NCBI RefSeq assembly: GCF_016806735.1 | Contig: NZ_CP060530.1 | Span: 480,001 to 512,000, forward strand | Direction of reading: 5' to 3' | Length of the DNA: 32,000 nt | Source of the DNA: Candidatus Micrarchaeum sp. | GTDB taxonomy: Archaea; Micrarchaeota; Micrarchaeia; Micrarchaeales; Micrarchaeaceae | Translations under genes and position numbers: made by a program | Notes under the pieces: generated by a model | What the model saw: only the letters and a program-made list of their open reading frames with translations | The model's database searches: none | Told to the model about the DNA's origin: nothing | Shown here: positions 9,586-18,537 of the stretch, in pieces | Layout: every line of letters starts with the position of its first letter | How positions within the stretch are numbered: the stretch's first letter is position 1

Positions 9586-10182
9586 ATGAGCAAAAAGCCA
9601 TCAAGAAACGAAATAACCTTATTTGGCTTATTATTTTCATTCTTACTTGGCAAATCTTACATGAAGTCTAAAGTTGAAGAAAAAGTGATAAAAAAAGGCC
9701 GTTGGGCAATTCTATTGATGGTTGCTGCTGTAATTATTTTAATCGTTTTACTTTATTTTAAAATATCCATCAATATAAAGACAAACCTTCTCGTATCTTA
9801 TAATGCTTTAGTTATTGCCGCCGCAGTATTTTTACTTAATTACCATATGGGCGAGCTTAGAGATGTAACAACTAGTTATAGAAATAAAATTACAAAAAAT
9901 CCCGAAAAATTTTTGTTCTGGACTAAGAATAAAACACAAGATGCTGGAATAAGGATTGTTGAAGTTAAGGCTTTTTTCATAGGTGTAATACTACTCACAA
10001 TTATCTTCCTTATGGTATCCAGCTTTATTATCATAGCTTCAATTAATCAAAATTTAGTTGCACTTTGGTTGTCCTCTGTTAGTTCTATTGGTATTGTGGC
10101 AGTTTTAACAGTTACCTTTTACATATATCTGAAAGCTGCTGTTAATTTTGCAAAGGAAAACCCATATAAAGCAGATAGATAA
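9586..10182 (+). CDS. Hypothetical integral membrane protein (about 5 TM)
   Basis: ATG start. It has several hydrophobic spans and A+T-rich composition like the rest of the island. I recognise no family. Confidence 0.5.
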   Translation: MSKKPSRNEITLFGLLFSFLLGKSYMKSKVEEKVIKKGRWAILLMVAAVIILIVLLYFKISINIKTNLLVSYNALVIAAAVFLLNYHMGELRDVTTSYRNKITKNPEKFLFWTKNKTQDAGIRIVEVKAFFIGVILLTIIFLMVSSFIIIASINQNLVALWLSSVSSIGIVAVLTVTFYIYLKAAVNFAKENPYKADR

Positions 10183-10224
10183 TCACAAATTTATTATAGA
10201 TTAACAGCTAGAAAATCAAACTCG

Positions 10225-10240
10225 TTTTTAATTTTTATTT
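10225..10240 (+). terminator. Oligo-T tracts (T5 then T5) downstream of 9586-10182
   Basis: The sequence is ctcgtttttaatttttatttg. Archaeal intrinsic termination uses T-tracts. Confidence 0.35.
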
Positions 10241-10318
10241 GATAGTTTAAATGCATAGCAGAGCTGCATTGCGCAATTGCAGAAAAGGCTTATAATGATT
10301 CTATGTGCGTATTGAAGC

Positions 10319-11143
10319 ATGGAAGCCGCTAAACTGCATAATGAAATAATCAAAGGCTATGCCTCTTCTACTCCTCATGAGTGGGAACGGCTGACATTGA
10401 GCAACGGGATAATGGAGTACATAACCACAATCCATTACCTTGAAAAGTATCTCCCTAAAAATGGGGTTGTTGCTGACATAGGCAGCGGCCCTGGAAGATA
10501 CTCTCTGTGGCTTGCGCAGCACGGCTATGACGTTGTGTCTGTCGATCCCATTGAAAAGAGCATAAAGTCGCTGAAGGCAAGGTTCGCAGCCAGGAAGCTA
10601 AAGAAAAGGCTCAAAGGCGCATACGTTGGCTTTGCGCAAAGCCTCGAAATGCTCGAAAGCAAAAGCTTCGATGCTGTCGTATGCCTGGGCGGCCCTATGT
10701 CGCACATAATGGAAGAAAAGCAAAGGAAGAAAGCAGCTGCGGAACTTTTCAGGATTGCAAAGCCAATGGCTCCAATTTTCGTTTCTGCAATGGGAAGGTT
10801 CACAATATTCGGAGGGACCGTAAGTACCTTCCAGACGGATCTTGACAGCAGGTATATTGACAAATGGGCTGAAACAGGGGACTATTTTGGCGGGTATGGG
10901 TTCCTCCCATTCCACGGATTCAGGCCTTACGAGCTCGAAGGCCTGTTTGGCAATAAGGTGGAGCTTCTGGCAAGGACTGCCCTTGAAGGATTTGCATCGT
11001 ACAGGGGAAGCTATGTCAAAGAGCTAATGAAGAACAAAAGAAGGTGGAACAAGTGGCTCAGGATACACTTCAGCACGTGCGAAGAGCCCGAAACCATAGG
11101 CGTGAGCGAGCATTACATGATAGTGGCAAAAGCCAAAAAGTAA
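10319..11143 (+). CDS. Class I SAM-dependent methyltransferase
   Basis: Motif I is VVADIGSGPGRYSLWLAQHGYDVVSVDP. ATG start. A TATA-like ttataat lies about 25 nt upstream. Confidence 0.8.
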   Translation: MEAAKLHNEIIKGYASSTPHEWERLTLSNGIMEYITTIHYLEKYLPKNGVVADIGSGPGRYSLWLAQHGYDVVSVDPIEKSIKSLKARFAARKLKKRLKGAYVGFAQSLEMLESKSFDAVVCLGGPMSHIMEEKQRKKAAAELFRIAKPMAPIFVSAMGRFTIFGGTVSTFQTDLDSRYIDKWAETGDYFGGYGFLPFHGFRPYELEGLFGNKVELLARTALEGFASYRGSYVKELMKNKRRWNKWLRIHFSTCEEPETIGVSEHYMIVAKAKK

Positions 11144-11224
11144 ACTATTGCCAAAACATCCAAATATTCAAAAAGCATTATTGCCCAATACGACTTAGTC
11201 TAGCAAAAGGCCCAGGCAATAACA

Positions 11225-12052
11225 ATGGATAATAAAATTCCTGACAAGATCAAGGACCAGCACATCATAGTTGACAAGTCAGTTATAAGCAAAATAGCAA
11301 ATGCCGCATCGCTTACAGAGCATGACAGCGTTTTGGAAATAGGCAGCGGCCCAGGAAATCTGACAAAAGCAATTGCGGCTCATGCGGGTCTCGTATATGC
11401 CATAGAGAAAGACCCTGGATATATAATGGAACTTAAAAAAATTTTCGGCGGCAACCGCAAGGTAATGGTTATAGAAGGCAACGCCCTGGATGTCAAACTG
11501 CCGCAATTCAACAAGATAGTTTCCAACCCACCGTATAAAATCCTTCAGCCGTTCTTCCTAAGGCTGCTGCACGAAAGAAAATATAATTTCGAATGCTGCG
11601 TAACAGTGGCCCCACATGGATTTTCAAAGCTTGCACTGGCGAAGCCCGGCTCTTTAGATTTTGGCGTAATGTCTGCATTCTTCTATGCCTTTTATAACGT
11701 AGAAGTTATCGCAGAGCTAAAAAAGAATGCTTTCAAACCGGAGCCCAGGGTAACCTCTTCCATATTAAGGATTTCGCCAAAACCAAACCAGTCGCCGCTG
11801 TCACTGATGCTCAAGCTGATGTTTTTGGAAGATAGCCGCAAGATCGGGAATGCAATGCTTGACGCTTTGTGGAACAACGGGGAATCCATACTGCAAAATA
11901 AAGTGACAAAGGCCGAAGCACGCAGAATAATGGATAAATTTGAAAACGGAGAACAGAAAAATCAAATACTCGAAAAACGCGTACTCCAACTGAGCAACGA
12001 AGAGATGGTAAGCCTTGTAAAATCCATATTAGCCAATATTTCAAATGTATAA
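11225..12052 (+). CDS. ksgA: 16S rRNA (adenine-N6,N6)-dimethyltransferase, KsgA/Dim1 family
   Basis: QHIIVDKSVISKI...VLEIGSGPGNLTKAI...YAIEKDPG...IVSNPPYKI is the family architecture. An Erm-type relative cannot be excluded. Confidence 0.8.
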   Translation: MDNKIPDKIKDQHIIVDKSVISKIANAASLTEHDSVLEIGSGPGNLTKAIAAHAGLVYAIEKDPGYIMELKKIFGGNRKVMVIEGNALDVKLPQFNKIVSNPPYKILQPFFLRLLHERKYNFECCVTVAPHGFSKLALAKPGSLDFGVMSAFFYAFYNVEVIAELKKNAFKPEPRVTSSILRISPKPNQSPLSLMLKLMFLEDSRKIGNAMLDALWNNGESILQNKVTKAEARRIMDKFENGEQKNQILEKRVLQLSNEEMVSLVKSILANISNV

Positions 12053-12394
12053 AACCCTATAATACTAATTAGCGCTTCTGGCAAGGCCTGCTCTTGCAGA
12101 TTGCGATATGCTATACTATGTTTTGCTGACTCTGCACGATTCAGGAATCAAACCCGATGAAGAAGCGCAATGATTCCATAAAATAATTAACTATTATTTT
12201 AAGCGTTTTATAGTTTATAGCAACTTTATAATTGATTCACAATTTTGCGCGAATGCATGAACCCTCGTTGCAGGAACATATGGGTAGAAGAGCTGCCTAT
12301 AAACATATAAGCTACCCTGACTGGGCTAAGCAGCAAACGAAATAAGCGTTAAAATTTTTCTAGGTCAAGCCACTAGACCTGAATATCTCTGCTT

Positions 12395-12853
12395 TCAGAT
12401 ATGGATTTGGCCATTTTTGAAGGCCTTTTCAGCAAGTGCCCACCAGCCAAGAATGTCCTCCTTCGAGTCCAAAGTCTCATTCGGCAATTCCTTCCTGTCG
12501 AACCAGCCGTAGCCCCTGGACTCGTCGTTGAGCTTTATTTCTGAACTTTCATCCATGGAAACCGCATAGAAATATATGCTCCACTTGCGCAAACTGGTTT
12601 CCGGGGAAGTTTTGCTGCCTATGTGGATAAGCTTCTTCGGATCAAAATCTATGCCTATCTCCTCTCTTGCTTCTCTCGCGCATGCCTCCAATGCCGTTTC
12701 TCCTGGCTCCACTGAGCCACCTACGTTGCCCCAGCCCTTGATTACTTTTCCATCCCTTTCCTCTTTCTTGCGCCAAAGGAGAAGCATTTCGGAAAAATCA
12801 CTGTTGAATACGCACGTGTAAGCGCCTACATGCTCCCTGCTTTTCTCTTCCAT
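12395..12853 (-). CDS. NUDIX hydrolase
   Basis: There is a perfect Nudix box, GSVEPGETALEACAREAREEIGI (Gx5Ex7REUxEExGU). The track start at 12868 is GTG. The ATG at 12851-12853 gives MEEKSREH... Confidence 0.85.
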   Translation of the reverse strand: MEEKSREHVGAYTCVFNSDFSEMLLLWRKKEERDGKVIKGWGNVGGSVEPGETALEACAREAREEIGIDFDPKKLIHIGSKTSPETSLRKWSIYFYAVSMDESSEIKLNDESRGYGWFDRKELPNETLDSKEDILGWWALAEKAFKNGQIHI

Positions 12854-13165
12854 GTTAACCGCCAGCACTTATCATGCGTGCAAAACGTAAATATGTGATG
12901 CTAGCAAGTCGCTGAACAAGAAGGTATAAAAAATTTAGAAATATATGAGCTTATCAAAAGGTGCAACAGAATCGGCATGACTAGCAATTCTGGCTCTAAA
13001 GCAACAATAAAGCTTATAAAAGCTTCAAACTCTATTTGCAATAAGCCCTCTTGCACCGACCCGATATAAAATACATTCGTGTGCATGAAGCCGGAATTAT
13101 AAATAGAAATACTTGGCAAATAGGCGTGGCAGCGCAAAAGCCAAATGTGGGAAAAAGGTGAGCCA

Positions 13166-13954
13166 ATGCTTAGGATATATGGGACCGTTTACAATAACGC
13201 CGACCTGTTGGAAAAATGCCTCGAATCCATATCCGGTCTCAGGCCGTATAAGATATACGCAGTTGACAATTTCTCAACTGATGGAACTTATGATATTCTG
13301 AAAAGGCACAAAGAGGTCAAAATCGAGAGGCTGAAATGTTCAAGGGGCAAGGGAAGGGACATAGCCCTTTCAATGCTGCTTAAGGAAGCTGCGCCAGACG
13401 ATCCTGTAATGTACATCGATTTCGACATGATATTCAGCCCGAAATACGTGGCCATGCTTTCGGAAATGATTAAGGAGGTAAAGCCCAACGAAATGTACCT
13501 CCTCTTCGGCGGGCTTAGCCTGGCCAATACTAATGTAAACCTTCCGTGGCGCGACCTTAACTCGGCAGAGGACTGGGAACGTCTTGCAAGAGCAAAAAAC
13601 AAAGGCATACGCCTGCTGCTGGATAAAAACGGTATCATAAAGTTCAGGGATTTTGTTAATAACCGCGAAGCCATAGGCTACATGTTAAGAGATAGGGAAA
13701 AAAGGTACGCCAATGGTTCACTGTCGTTAAAGTTGCGGCTGTTTCGAATGCTCGTCGACAATGAGAGGGGCATGGCGCACAAGTCATTCCGAAAATTCTA
13801 TGAGTCCTCAGGAAAGAAAAATTTTGGGAGTTTCCTGCAGTTTCTAACCGCATACGCATTTGCGCAAATCTTAGGGATATACTCTTACGACCCTAAAAAA
13901 AGCAATAAGGAATATGTGCTCGGTTTCAATACTTCAACTTTATGGAAGTTCTGA
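13166..13954 (+). CDS. GT2-like glycosyltransferase (intact paralog of the frameshifted 6503-7299 gene)
   Basis: MLRIYGTVYNNADLLEKCLESI...AVDNFSTDGTYDIL...MYIDFD...FRMLVDNERGMAHKSFRKFY...ILGIYSYD. The ATG at 13166 is preceded by aGGTGAgccaATG. The track start at 13145 is also an ATG, but the paralog begins at the equivalent of 13166. Confidence 0.7.
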   Translation: MLRIYGTVYNNADLLEKCLESISGLRPYKIYAVDNFSTDGTYDILKRHKEVKIERLKCSRGKGRDIALSMLLKEAAPDDPVMYIDFDMIFSPKYVAMLSEMIKEVKPNEMYLLFGGLSLANTNVNLPWRDLNSAEDWERLARAKNKGIRLLLDKNGIIKFRDFVNNREAIGYMLRDREKRYANGSLSLKLRLFRMLVDNERGMAHKSFRKFYESSGKKNFGSFLQFLTAYAFAQILGIYSYDPKKSNKEYVLGFNTSTLWKF

Positions 13955-14055
13955 ACGCTTGGCTTTTCAGGATCTGAGCCTAGATTCCGAGTTTCTGCTA
14001 GCGATTGTACTGCAATTGCCTCTTTTTCAAGTCCTAATAGCCGTCCAAGCCTAAC

Positions 14056-14820
14056 TCAAAACAGGCCTGCGATCCTAGACAGTTCCGGATAAGTGTTTTG
14101 ATACTTTTTCTTTACGAATCCCGTCCAGCCTTCAATTCTCAATATGTCTGATACTGTGAAAAGCGCTGCCGCTTTTACTTTTCTTCTCTTTGCAACTGCG
14201 AATAATCCTGCCGCTTCCATTTCAACGGTGGCTATTCCCTCCTCAGAGTAACGCTTTACCTCTTCCACAGTCTCCATGTACGGAGCGTCTATGGTCCATG
14301 TCGGGCCTTTCCTGAAGCCTATTCCTTCGCTTTTCATTATCCTCCCAATTCTTGCGGTGAGTTCCATGTCGGGCAAAACATATCTAGAGTTTGCCAGGTA
14401 GTGATGCGATACTCCCTCATCGCGCAAAGCCTTAGTGCACAGCACAAAATCGCCTATCTCCATGCTTGCATTAAGCCCTCCGGCAGTGCCCATTATGAGG
14501 AATTCCCTGACTCCTGCAGCTATGAGTTCCTCGGCTGCAACTGCTGTCATTGGCGCCCCTATATCCATATGCACCAATAGCTTTCCCCTGCCGAACTCGT
14601 ATATGCCAAGAGGGTTTACTATGGATTCGAGAGATTTGGCTTCCTTGAGCTTGTAAGAAGCCTTGAAGCTTTTCACCAGCGAATTTGAATACACCATGAC
14701 TGCCTTTGCGTAGCCCTTGCCGCGAACTTCTGCCTTCATGCTCTTGAACATGTTCGCTGCGCTGTACAGCGGCACGAACCTGTGCTTGCCTACGGTTTTG
14801 GGAAAATTGAGATTTTCCAT
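14056..14820 (-). CDS. Nucleoside phosphorylase, PNP/UDP family (uridine/purine nucleoside phosphorylase-like)
   Basis: GAPMTAVAAEELIAAGVREFLIMGTAGGL...VEMEAAGLFAVA is the family pattern. The track start at 14904 is TTG. The ATG at 14818-14820 gives MENLNFPKT... Confidence 0.75.
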   Translation of the reverse strand: MENLNFPKTVGKHRFVPLYSAANMFKSMKAEVRGKGYAKAVMVYSNSLVKSFKASYKLKEAKSLESIVNPLGIYEFGRGKLLVHMDIGAPMTAVAAEELIAAGVREFLIMGTAGGLNASMEIGDFVLCTKALRDEGVSHHYLANSRYVLPDMELTARIGRIMKSEGIGFRKGPTWTIDAPYMETVEEVKRYSEEGIATVEMEAAGLFAVAKRRKVKAAALFTVSDILRIEGWTGFVKKKYQNTYPELSRIAGLF

Positions 14821-15005
14821 GTTTAAAGCATTGCAAACAAGCTTATTATTGTATCTGTGTAGAAATGCATATGAAAAATAAGCAGGAATCTTGTATAAAT
14901 GCAAATTTCTTAATCAGAAAAATCCAGTAAAATGGGCGAAAAATATATGGGAGAATCCCTGCCGGAAGCTGCGCTTGTGCAAGCAGCCGTGCATAACGGT
15001 AATGC

Positions 15006-15881
15006 CTATGCCGAATTGGAAAGCCAGCTTATCACGATTATGCCAGCCACTATAAGTATGCCTCCGAAAATCTCCACAGGGTAGAAGCTGCCTATTATTA
15101 CGCTGCCGAGAAGCACCAGGAGCGTATCCGAATACTCGAAATCGTTTATGAAGTTCCTCTTAATCAGCATATTGGCCTTGCCCCTAGCTTTTGTCATTTT
15201 CATAGCACGCAGCTCCATGACAGAAGCGAAGGCAAAAGCAAAGCCCCCAAAAATTCCCAAAGCAAAATAAATGTTCAGGGCATAAACTGGCCAGGCAAAG
15301 AACAAGCCCGTGGCAATCAGGAATATTGGCTGGAAAAGCATCTTCGTGCCTATACTGTACTTCTTTATCCTGTAAAATTCCATGTAATACCCTATCCCTG
15401 CAAATACGGTTATAAGGAATATGAATGGCAGCGTGCTGAGCTGGAACCTGTATCCGTTGCTTTCGGCATAGAATATTCCAATAATTATTAGCAGCACGCC
15501 CATGAGCAGCATTACGGTTTGCCCGAGCCTCAGGGATCTTCTGTACTTAATTGCATCTATGGCAAAAAACACGAGTGCCGACAGCCCGATTAGGGGGTAT
15601 ATGCTGGCCAGCGTGTAGCTCTTGTAAGCTATAAGGAGCGGCAACGTGTATGCAGTAATCATAAATGCCGTTATGATGCCGAATGCGTATTGTCCTTTGG
15701 TCTCTGCTTTGACTCTAAGCCTGAAAACGAACTTCGTGGCAATGAAGCCTATCAGTATTCCGAACCCTATGGAGATTATTGCATAACTGAGGGGCAGGCT
15801 TCTAACTACTACGTAATCTATTGTGCCATTTACTGCATAAAGCATTACACTGGCCATCATCAACGTAAACGCGCTCCTCAT
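15006..15881 (-). CDS. Ten-TM integral membrane protein, probably a DMT/EamA-type transporter
   Basis: About 10 hydrophobic spans in two halves, with a C-terminal GGILIVAGIIVISW typical of EamA repeats. ATG start. Confidence 0.5.
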   Translation of the reverse strand: MRSAFTLMMASVMLYAVNGTIDYVVVRSLPLSYAIISIGFGILIGFIATKFVFRLRVKAETKGQYAFGIITAFMITAYTLPLLIAYKSYTLASIYPLIGLSALVFFAIDAIKYRRSLRLGQTVMLLMGVLLIIIGIFYAESNGYRFQLSTLPFIFLITVFAGIGYYMEFYRIKKYSIGTKMLFQPIFLIATGLFFAWPVYALNIYFALGIFGGFAFAFASVMELRAMKMTKARGKANMLIKRNFINDFEYSDTLLVLLGSVIIGSFYPVEIFGGILIVAGIIVISWLSNSA

Positions 15882-16062
15882 GCAACCAAGTCAGAATACG
15901 CAGATAAGTCGTGAAATGCAATATAAATTCTTTATGCTGTTGCAAAAGGCCAGGATCACAAAACAGGCTGAGCAGCAGCAAAAGCGAAAAGGCTAAAACG
16001 TTTGCCAGCCAACTATGGAAGGGCATTCGGCCTCTCTCCATTGCAAACAAAAAGGTGGAAAG

Positions 16063-16362
16063 ATGGCCAAAAAAGAAATGAAGTGGGTAAGCATAACTTC
16101 GCCTTCGGGCGATGCAAATCTATTCGCCCTAGATGGCAGAAAATACCGCATAATAGGAACGCTGAAGGAGAATTCGGACTACGGCGAATGCAAGCGCCTG
16201 TGCAGGGTATCTAATCTGGATTCCAGGGGCGAAGAAGAGTTTGCTGTGATTTCAGCTTTCATCAGGACCGAAAATGGCTCATTCGTCCAAAGCAAGGCGA
16301 TATTGTCAAAGCCTGTAAGCGACGCGAGCTCAGCAATGGAAATGTTTGAAAGCACGAGATAA
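16063..16362 (+). CDS. Small hypothetical protein
   Basis: The ATG at 16063 is preceded by aaGGTGGaaagATG. The longer track ORF starts at the ATG at 16015. I recognise no family. Confidence 0.4.
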   Translation: MAKKEMKWVSITSPSGDANLFALDGRKYRIIGTLKENSDYGECKRLCRVSNLDSRGEEEFAVISAFIRTENGSFVQSKAILSKPVSDASSAMEMFESTR

Positions 16363-16393
16363 CCTGCGTTAACTCATGCACGTTGCATAAATG

Positions 16394-16846
16394 TCAATAG
16401 AAGCTACCTTCGGGCGTAGCTTCAGAGCCATAAGCGTTTCCCTCTTCCAGGCTCTTTGCCCTTTCCCTTCTTTCGGCTGCAAGCTTCTCGTTCTTCCTTT
16501 TAGAACGGACGGAAATAACTGCGAGCGAGGCTGTAAAAACTGAAACTGCCCCTGCAGCAGCGGCAACGATTAGACTGCTTCCAGAGGCAACGTAAAATGT
16601 CGCAACCCCTGCATCAATACCTGTAATGGCGCCGTTTATGTAAGAGAAAACTCTTGCGTTGCTGGCGAATCTTTTGTGCTGGTCGGCAAGGTCGTTGTAG
16701 AACTGCGCCTCCTTTGCCATCAGCGCCTTTTTGGTTTCTTCATATCTGCCAGTGCCTATGGCATTGATGCTCTCGCGCTGCAGCTTTACGAGTTCGTTGT
16801 AATGCAAGTCTGTCTTTATCTGGCCATCATCAATTTTCCTGAGCAT
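16394..16846 (-). CDS. Hypothetical protein with one central hydrophobic segment
   Basis: ATG start, 150 aa. The hydrophobic stretch is VATFYVASGSSLIVAAAAGAVSVFTASLAVISV. I recognise no family. Confidence 0.45.
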   Translation of the reverse strand: MLRKIDDGQIKTDLHYNELVKLQRESINAIGTGRYEETKKALMAKEAQFYNDLADQHKRFASNARVFSYINGAITGIDAGVATFYVASGSSLIVAAAAGAVSVFTASLAVISVRSKRKNEKLAAERRERAKSLEEGNAYGSEATPEGSFY

Positions 16847-17052
16847 TCCGAATAAGCCCCATTTGTGCTTGTCTGCATCCTTTTGCCCTTCAATTCCCGC
16901 CTGCTGCTTCTACATAAAAATCATTGCAATGATAACATTTGCCGCGTTCCTAATATTTATATTTGAAGTTTGGCACTTCTCTAGCCATAAGCCTCAATGA
17001 TGCTTTCTGAAAAGGCTTTACCAAGCCTAACGCCAAGAAGCACAAGTCTGCT

Positions 17053-17667
17053 ATGCAAAATTTCAATCTAAATATCTTTTTGTGGCAAATACTGATTGTG
17101 GAAAGTGACACGATAGCCATAGACCTTGACGACACAATAGCCGACTCTTCAGCGATCGCTCTTGAAATAATACGAAAGGAATACGTCCCTGATGCGTCAT
17201 TTGAAAAGTGGAAATACTATAGCATAGAAAAAAGCTTTGGCATAGCCGAAGTGCATGCCAGAAGCATATGCAGCCGCGCATGGGAAAACCCGGAAAGGAT
17301 AAAGCTTGTAGATCCTTCAATACCTAAAGTAGTAGACGCCCTGAGGAAAACGCATAATATATACATAGTCACGGCCACGATCGGCGAAGAATCCTCTTTC
17401 ATTCCCTGGCTGGAAAGAAAGCACGTAAGCTTCGACAAAGTATTACATGTATCCAATATGGCCGAAAAGGCATTGCTAAACAAGAAGCACGGAATAGGCT
17501 TTTACATAGATGACAGCCAGCTCGTAGCCGAATCCGTTGCCGCAGCAGGAAGGGTTGCGCTGCTCCTAAGGAAAAGCTGGAATGCGGATTTTTTTGACAG
17601 CGACAGGAACAAGAGCATAGTAAAGGTGCGCAACTGGAAGGAGATAGGCGATTTCTTCATGGGTTGA
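17053..17667 (+). CDS. HAD-superfamily 5'(3')-deoxyribonucleotidase-like phosphatase
   Basis: IAIDLDDTIAD carries DxDxT (HAD motif I) and there is a later YIDDS. The true start is uncertain: ATG at 17053, or GTG at 17098 just before the HAD motif. Confidence 0.65.
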   Translation: MQNFNLNIFLWQILIVESDTIAIDLDDTIADSSAIALEIIRKEYVPDASFEKWKYYSIEKSFGIAEVHARSICSRAWENPERIKLVDPSIPKVVDALRKTHNIYIVTATIGEESSFIPWLERKHVSFDKVLHVSNMAEKALLNKKHGIGFYIDDSQLVAESVAAAGRVALLLRKSWNADFFDSDRNKSIVKVRNWKEIGDFFMG

Positions 17668-17721
17668 ACTTGCGCCGGTTTTCCGCAAAAGGAATAAATA
17701 TTTCCGATTCCAAGCACAACC

Positions 17722-18426
17722 ATGGCATTCAAGGTAATCATAGACGGCAAGCCCTGTTCCGGCAAATCCACAATTGCAGGGGAGGTGGAGAAGCTGCTAA
17801 GGGAAAAGGGCACAAGCGCGATAGATGCAAAATCCTACGCAATGGAAAAGGGCTTCCTCTCAGGATTCCTGAAAAAATTTGCATTAGGCGAAATAGAATC
17901 GTACCGCTCATTTCTGTATACTGCCGCTTATCACGTCCTGAGCTACGCCGCGCAGGAAGCGAGCGCATGGAAGAACAGCAAGAAATACGAAGTTGTTCTT
18001 ATGCAAAAATCGCCATATTCATTCTCTTTCATGATGGATGCAGCGAGAAACGTTTCCGGGAAAGAACCGAAACATGAGAAATTCAGTCTTCTCACCGGGG
18101 TGATAAAGGCTTGGGCTGGCACCGTGAGGCCGGACCTGTTCATATATCTTACTGCGGATTTGGAAACCTTAAAGGAGAGGTTCAAGCACAGGTCGGAAGG
18201 AAGGGACAGAGTGCATGCGCAAATGATAGAGGAAGGTGATTCTAGCCACTTGAAGCTGTTCAGGGGCTACACGCGCAACAATCTGAGCGTTATAAAAAAT
18301 AATTCAAGCGTAAAGGATGGAGCCGCAAGCGTAACTGCAGCAATAATGGAAGCGTATTCTGCGTCAAAATTGCAGGGGGCCAAAGCGGCTGAGCTTGCCA
18401 GGAGCGAAAGCGCAGATAAGCAGTAG
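17722..18426 (+). CDS. P-loop kinase of the thymidylate/deoxynucleoside kinase family
   Basis: IIDGKPCSGKSTIAGE is a Walker A motif, and PDLFIYLTADLETLKERFKHR is a LID-region pattern typical of the dTMP kinase family. The rest is divergent. Confidence 0.6.
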   Translation: MAFKVIIDGKPCSGKSTIAGEVEKLLREKGTSAIDAKSYAMEKGFLSGFLKKFALGEIESYRSFLYTAAYHVLSYAAQEASAWKNSKKYEVVLMQKSPYSFSFMMDAARNVSGKEPKHEKFSLLTGVIKAWAGTVRPDLFIYLTADLETLKERFKHRSEGRDRVHAQMIEEGDSSHLKLFRGYTRNNLSVIKNNSSVKDGAASVTAAIMEAYSASKLQGAKAAELARSESADKQ

Positions 18427-18537
18427 CCAATGCATTTCAAAGGTAGCATATGAACGGAATTTCAAAGGTTTGCACTGGATTCAGCAGCGTGTGCAATGCG
18501 CTTTTAGCCCACTTTAGTAGTTTCGCGAGGTGCTGAA

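Noticed and set aside
10264-10282. An interrupted palindrome, ctgcaTTGCGCAAttgcag, just upstream of the TATA-like ttataat of the 10319 methyltransferase and at the compositional boundary. A 10-nt palindrome, CATTGCAATG, lies at 16921-16930.
   Set aside because: Perfect 8-10 nt palindromes are expected many times by chance in 32 kb, roughly once per 256-1024 positions. There is no second copy or conserved partner site to support an operator.
12130-12170. A tRNA-like T-arm on the minus strand (TCGGG-TTTGATT-CCTGA) and C/D-box-like strings (cGATGAag, aATGATTc) in the ksgA/NUDIX spacer.
   Set aside because: The loop lacks the conserved TTC(R)A pattern. No complementary acceptor stem flanks it. 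No CTGA D box occurs at a suitable distance from the C-like box. I found no convincing tRNA or sRNA anywhere in the window by eye.
12901-13137. A 78-aa minus-strand ORF in the spacer between the NUDIX gene and the GT2-like gene.
   Set aside because: It has no motif, an odd composition and no SD or TATA context. The region is more plausibly the divergent promoter spacer for the two flanking genes.
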